A stretch of DNA of 64,000 nucleotides, taken from NCBI GenBank assembly GCA_030620115.1, contig JAUXFG010000002.1, positions 405 through 64,404 on the forward strand, read 5' to 3'. Below the pieces are notes generated by a model. That model saw nothing but the letters and a program-made list of their open reading frames with translations. It was not told the origin of the DNA and did no database searches. Position 1 is the first letter of the stretch; each line of letters opens with the position of its first letter. Below, in pieces: positions 62,101 through 64,000 of the stretch. A program made the translations under genes and the position numbers. Source of the DNA: Candidatus Fermentibacterota bacterium. GTDB taxonomy: Bacteria; JAFGKV01.

Positions 62101-62378
62101 CCTGGAGCCATTCCAGAGGCTCAGCCAACGATCCACAGACGGTGATGCTCAATGGCAGCCTTGCCCCCACCAAGGGATGGAACGTGAGCGCCAACCTGGG
62201 CTACGACATCACCAATAACAGGGTGATGACCAAAGGTTTGGCAATTACGCGTGATTTGCACTGCTGGCAGATGAACTTCTCGTGGTCCAAATCGGAAACA
62301 CATTGGAACTATCGCTTCAAGATTTTCGTGAAGGCCTATCCCGAGTCAATCTTCATTAAACACCATGAGAGACAGTGA
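59136..62378 (+). CDS. lptD: LPS-assembly outer membrane protein LptD-like (OstA N-domain + beta-barrel)
   Basis: 1080 aa. The central ...PRMRVTMDDKVVCRPLIMWVHDVPVFWLPYSVFPIRRGRHSGFLVPHFS... matches the conserved LptD barrel-entry region. The long C-terminal half is beta-rich. Confidence 0.65.
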   Translation: MMILFCSPLSATHRASTKKSIAYRADECVTNLKEGITTLRRNVRAVAKQWTLTAAWGTYRTTPELLRLGGDVQATWHGDSAWAQQARIVPADSLVELLHRVRLLREDGSRLLCSRLLFSGLTDVTELTGPLSLVDSTGSYEARADTGWFFEQQHILHLARSCTLLIQASESDPVTVLSDSALIEQPSNRLVASGRVIITGPEIHGTCQDLEYDGSEDRVILTGDPSLQSGQFLCTAQRVVLQRRDGAFSQMVLEGDAWAAQQEVNADSASWDQTWGDRMVLWLRDRKPSSMLVTGNARAIHAVADSSGRHVGINDSHGDSLFLELEDQDLAYLRISGSANGTYVSKHGHTDMPDESTDYSADMISFAKEDHLLTMKGNADLQSGTLRLTASEVRFSLFSKEMVALENAVLRDGEQEVSGKRMSFSTIKRQGVVTNGITQFESAFSFGTQVARVDERSLDIRHGQFTSCDEDHPHFYITSPRMRVTMDDKVVCRPLIMWVHDVPVFWLPYSVFPIRRGRHSGFLVPHFSARNILGLEGSHTSIEDLGYYFVLGDYGDLNLSLDWEEDLGWTAKANARYALRYRIRQGDITFNYARRDNISQWIIHHVHDQYLPHGWRLKADINATRSKEYIDQETPDIEDRLNQQAGFKSALTLNKNLPGWSLRMSLRRDQKWTTTQPEGEEESTTETITTMLPEIVISRPSKRLFSPQAPTVPWFKELYASLSSSFKNQTIQGSDEVTEDHSIGTRHSTSLRWQLPKILRRVSLSPSASYKETWVHLGKEPEQGERMKWDRVGVLSNISVSASTKLYGLLEPPIGPVVALRHVVTPSLGYSYTPDWFTYGWDFRTGKFSQDDDQPYSDAGFGVSSTKSRRLNLGLGNLFQAKLKRGEDVVRKDNLASVNFSTSYDFQRKENGEDPWSSLRTRLDFSPARALSWNLTLNHDPNERLGFLSLTSSAMLRLNGGWERPSMLGSGGMPLEPFRYKWNLTARHSWSHSRGSANDPQTVMLNGSLAPTKGWNVSANLGYDITNNRVMTKGLAITRDLHCWQMNFSWSKSETHWNYRFKIFVKAYPESIFIKHHERQ

Positions 62379-62422
62379 TCCCCGATGCGCATGGCGCAAG
62401 ACAAACGCAATAGAACCTGAGC

Positions 62423-62653
62423 TTATCTAGTATGCTTCACGCAGTTCGCTCTAGTGTAATACCGCGCCCACAGCTCAGGATGCTTCTCCCAACATTCCCG
62501 GCACTCTCTAATGCTGGCGGAAGGCCTGAAACAAGTGCTCATCTCGACTTCCTCGACAATCTCCAATTCAGTAGTCTGGGAAATCTGGGGAGCAATCGGA
62601 GGGGCATCCACAACCGAAAACAGATCGAGTTGTGCTGAACTCTCTCTCATCAT
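62423..62653 (-). CDS. small hypothetical protein (76 aa) with N-terminal beta-clamp-binding-like QLDLF motif and Cys-rich C-terminus
   Basis: Strong SD AAAGGAGAG precedes ATGATG. MMRESSAQLDLFSVVD...CFRPSASIRECRECWEKHPELWARYY. Sits in a locally lower-GC patch. Confidence 0.35.
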   Translation of the reverse strand: MMRESSAQLDLFSVVDAPPIAPQISQTTELEIVEEVEMSTCFRPSASIRECRECWEKHPELWARYYTRANCVKHTR

Positions 62654-62910
62654 CTCTCCTTTGGGGTTTAACACTTGCCACAAGTTAGCATATCTAAGGC
62701 CAAATGTCAACTACCTGCCCATGATCAATCATGATAATGCGCGGATAAGGAATGCTGCTACACTTTCACCTCGCATCTCCCACCGCTCCCCTCTTTTCGT
62801 GTGAAATGCGGAGATGGCTCACTTTCTCGTTGTACGGTCTCGGCCTCGCGCTACCACTCACCATAGAAATACAAAATCTGGTAGAGAGATCCCGGAACCG
62901 TGGCCCCACC

Positions 62911-63140
62911 CTCAGTCATTGCGAGGAAAGTAGCGACGAAGCAATTTCATGCCCTCAACTGAGATCGCCGCGCTATCGCTCGCGATGACCAGTCTCTCCT
63001 CCTGTCATTGCGAGGAGTGTAGTGACGAAACAATCCCGCGCAGTACGCGTGATCGCCGCGCGGAGCTTATGCTGCCTCCGGCCCGTAGGGCCTACGCCCC
63101 GGAGGGAGCGAAGTCGAAGTGCTCGCGATGACCCGCGGGG
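62911..63140. repeat. repeat family D (GTCATTGCGAGG... imperfect inverted-arm element, 1.5 units)
   Basis: TGTCATTGCGAGGAGTGTAGTGACGAAACAATCCCGCGCAGTACGCGTGATCGCCGCGCGGAGCTTATGCTG...GAGCGAAGTCGAAGTGCTCGCGATGACCCGCGGGG. A reverse-complement copy at about 11900..12032 is about 88% identical but lacks a 32-nt hairpin insert. Confidence 0.55.
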
Positions 63141-63363
63141 CCTCAGTCTTTGCAAAGAGGATTCCGAATGCGTAAACCACCGCTACGCGGGGCTCTTGAT
63201 TCAGGCCATGGTCAGCATTTGACCGATGGGCAATCCACCGGCGGACGGACAGACCGGGACAAATCCCTTGCTCTTCATACCATTTCAGCATTACTGTCCT
63301 CAGTCATCTGTCCTCTCGTCCCGAAGGGACGGTTTCATTTCAGCGCGAAGCTGCGGAAATGAC

Positions 63364-64000
63364 ATGGGAGGTTCTCTGGTGAAGGCTATGGGAATGTTCT
63401 CTGGCGGTCTTGACAGTCAACTGGCAGTTCGTGTGATGAAGGACCAGGGCATAACGGTCATGGCCGTCTACTTCTATCACCGGTTCAACAGGATCGGAGA
63501 GCAAGGAACATGGCCCGACATGGATCATGCCCCACCCCAGGTGGCCTGCATGTCCGAACTGGCGCGAGAGGCAGAAGTCGATTTCGTGGCCGTGGACTTC
63601 TCCCAGAAATTCCTGGATATCACCAACAGCCCGAAACACGGCCGTGGCAAAGGCTTCAATCCTTGTCTCGATTGTCGAATCGCCATGCTCACCTCCGCGC
63701 GTGATATCATGGAAGAGGTAGGCGCTGCTTTCGTCTTCACCGGCGAGGTGCTGGGGCAACGCCCCATGAGTCAACACAAGCAAGGCCTTCAGATGGTGGC
63801 AAAACGGAGTGGTCTTGAGGGATTACTGCTCCGCCCTCTCTCCGCGAGACTACTTCCACCCACTCTACCGGAAGACAAAGGATGGGTTGATCGCTCACGG
63901 CTTCTCTCGCTCCAAGGGAGAAACCGCACCCCACAATTCGACCTGGCGAAAGAGCTTGGAGTCAAACATTACCCAACACCGGCAGGGGGCTGCTTCCTTA
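63364..64000 (+). CDS. PP-loop ATPase of the MnmA/TrmU-like tRNA thiolase type, 3' end beyond window
   Basis: SGGLDS PP-loop, GKGFNPCLDCRIAM (NPCxxC catalytic Cys region) and terminal GGCFL (second Cys motif). The start may instead be the GTG at 63379 (SD GGGAGG) or the ATG at 63388. Confidence 0.45.
   Translation, partial: MGGSLVKAMGMFSGGLDSQLAVRVMKDQGITVMAVYFYHRFNRIGEQGTWPDMDHAPPQVACMSELAREAEVDFVAVDFSQKFLDITNSPKHGRGKGFNPCLDCRIAMLTSARDIMEEVGAAFVFTGEVLGQRPMSQHKQGLQMVAKRSGLEGLLLRPLSARLLPPTLPEDKGWVDRSRLLSLQGRNRTPQFDLAKELGVKHYPTPAGGCFL

Overview
GC-rich (about 60% by eye) bacterial chromosomal segment on a single contig. It is densely coding on both strands and mixes housekeeping genes with a strongly mosaic accessory region.

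Housekeeping genes include hisS, rtcB, ppdK, secA, an lptD-like gene, two LptF/LptG-family permeases, a TPR-protein-associated TRAP transporter, an Na/Pi cotransporter, an M23 peptidase, an L,D-transpeptidase and an S8 subtilase.

The accessory region (about 28.7-48.3 kb) carries a MATE pump plus a tripartite RND efflux operon, three toxin-antitoxin-like pairs (DUF4258/YgiT-like, hicAB, DUF104-like), a 1060-aa FG-GAP tandem-repeat surface protein, a novel 7-blade beta-propeller lipoprotein, and at least eight fragments of one insertion-sequence family. This IS family comprises a HUH-Y1 N-domain fused to a DnaA-C-like HTH transposase pseudogene with 23-bp TIRs, MITE derivatives, and solo ends. 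Several other short dispersed repeat families are present.

Several secreted proteins end in a T9SS-type C-terminal sorting domain, which suggests an FCB-group-like organism.

No rRNA, tRNA or CRISPR array was found. The two best candidates for an undescribed system are the co-directional LptF/LptG - GT-C glycosyltransferase - small secreted protein - secreted PLD string, and the repeat-bounded accessory islands. All functional links are inference from sequence only.
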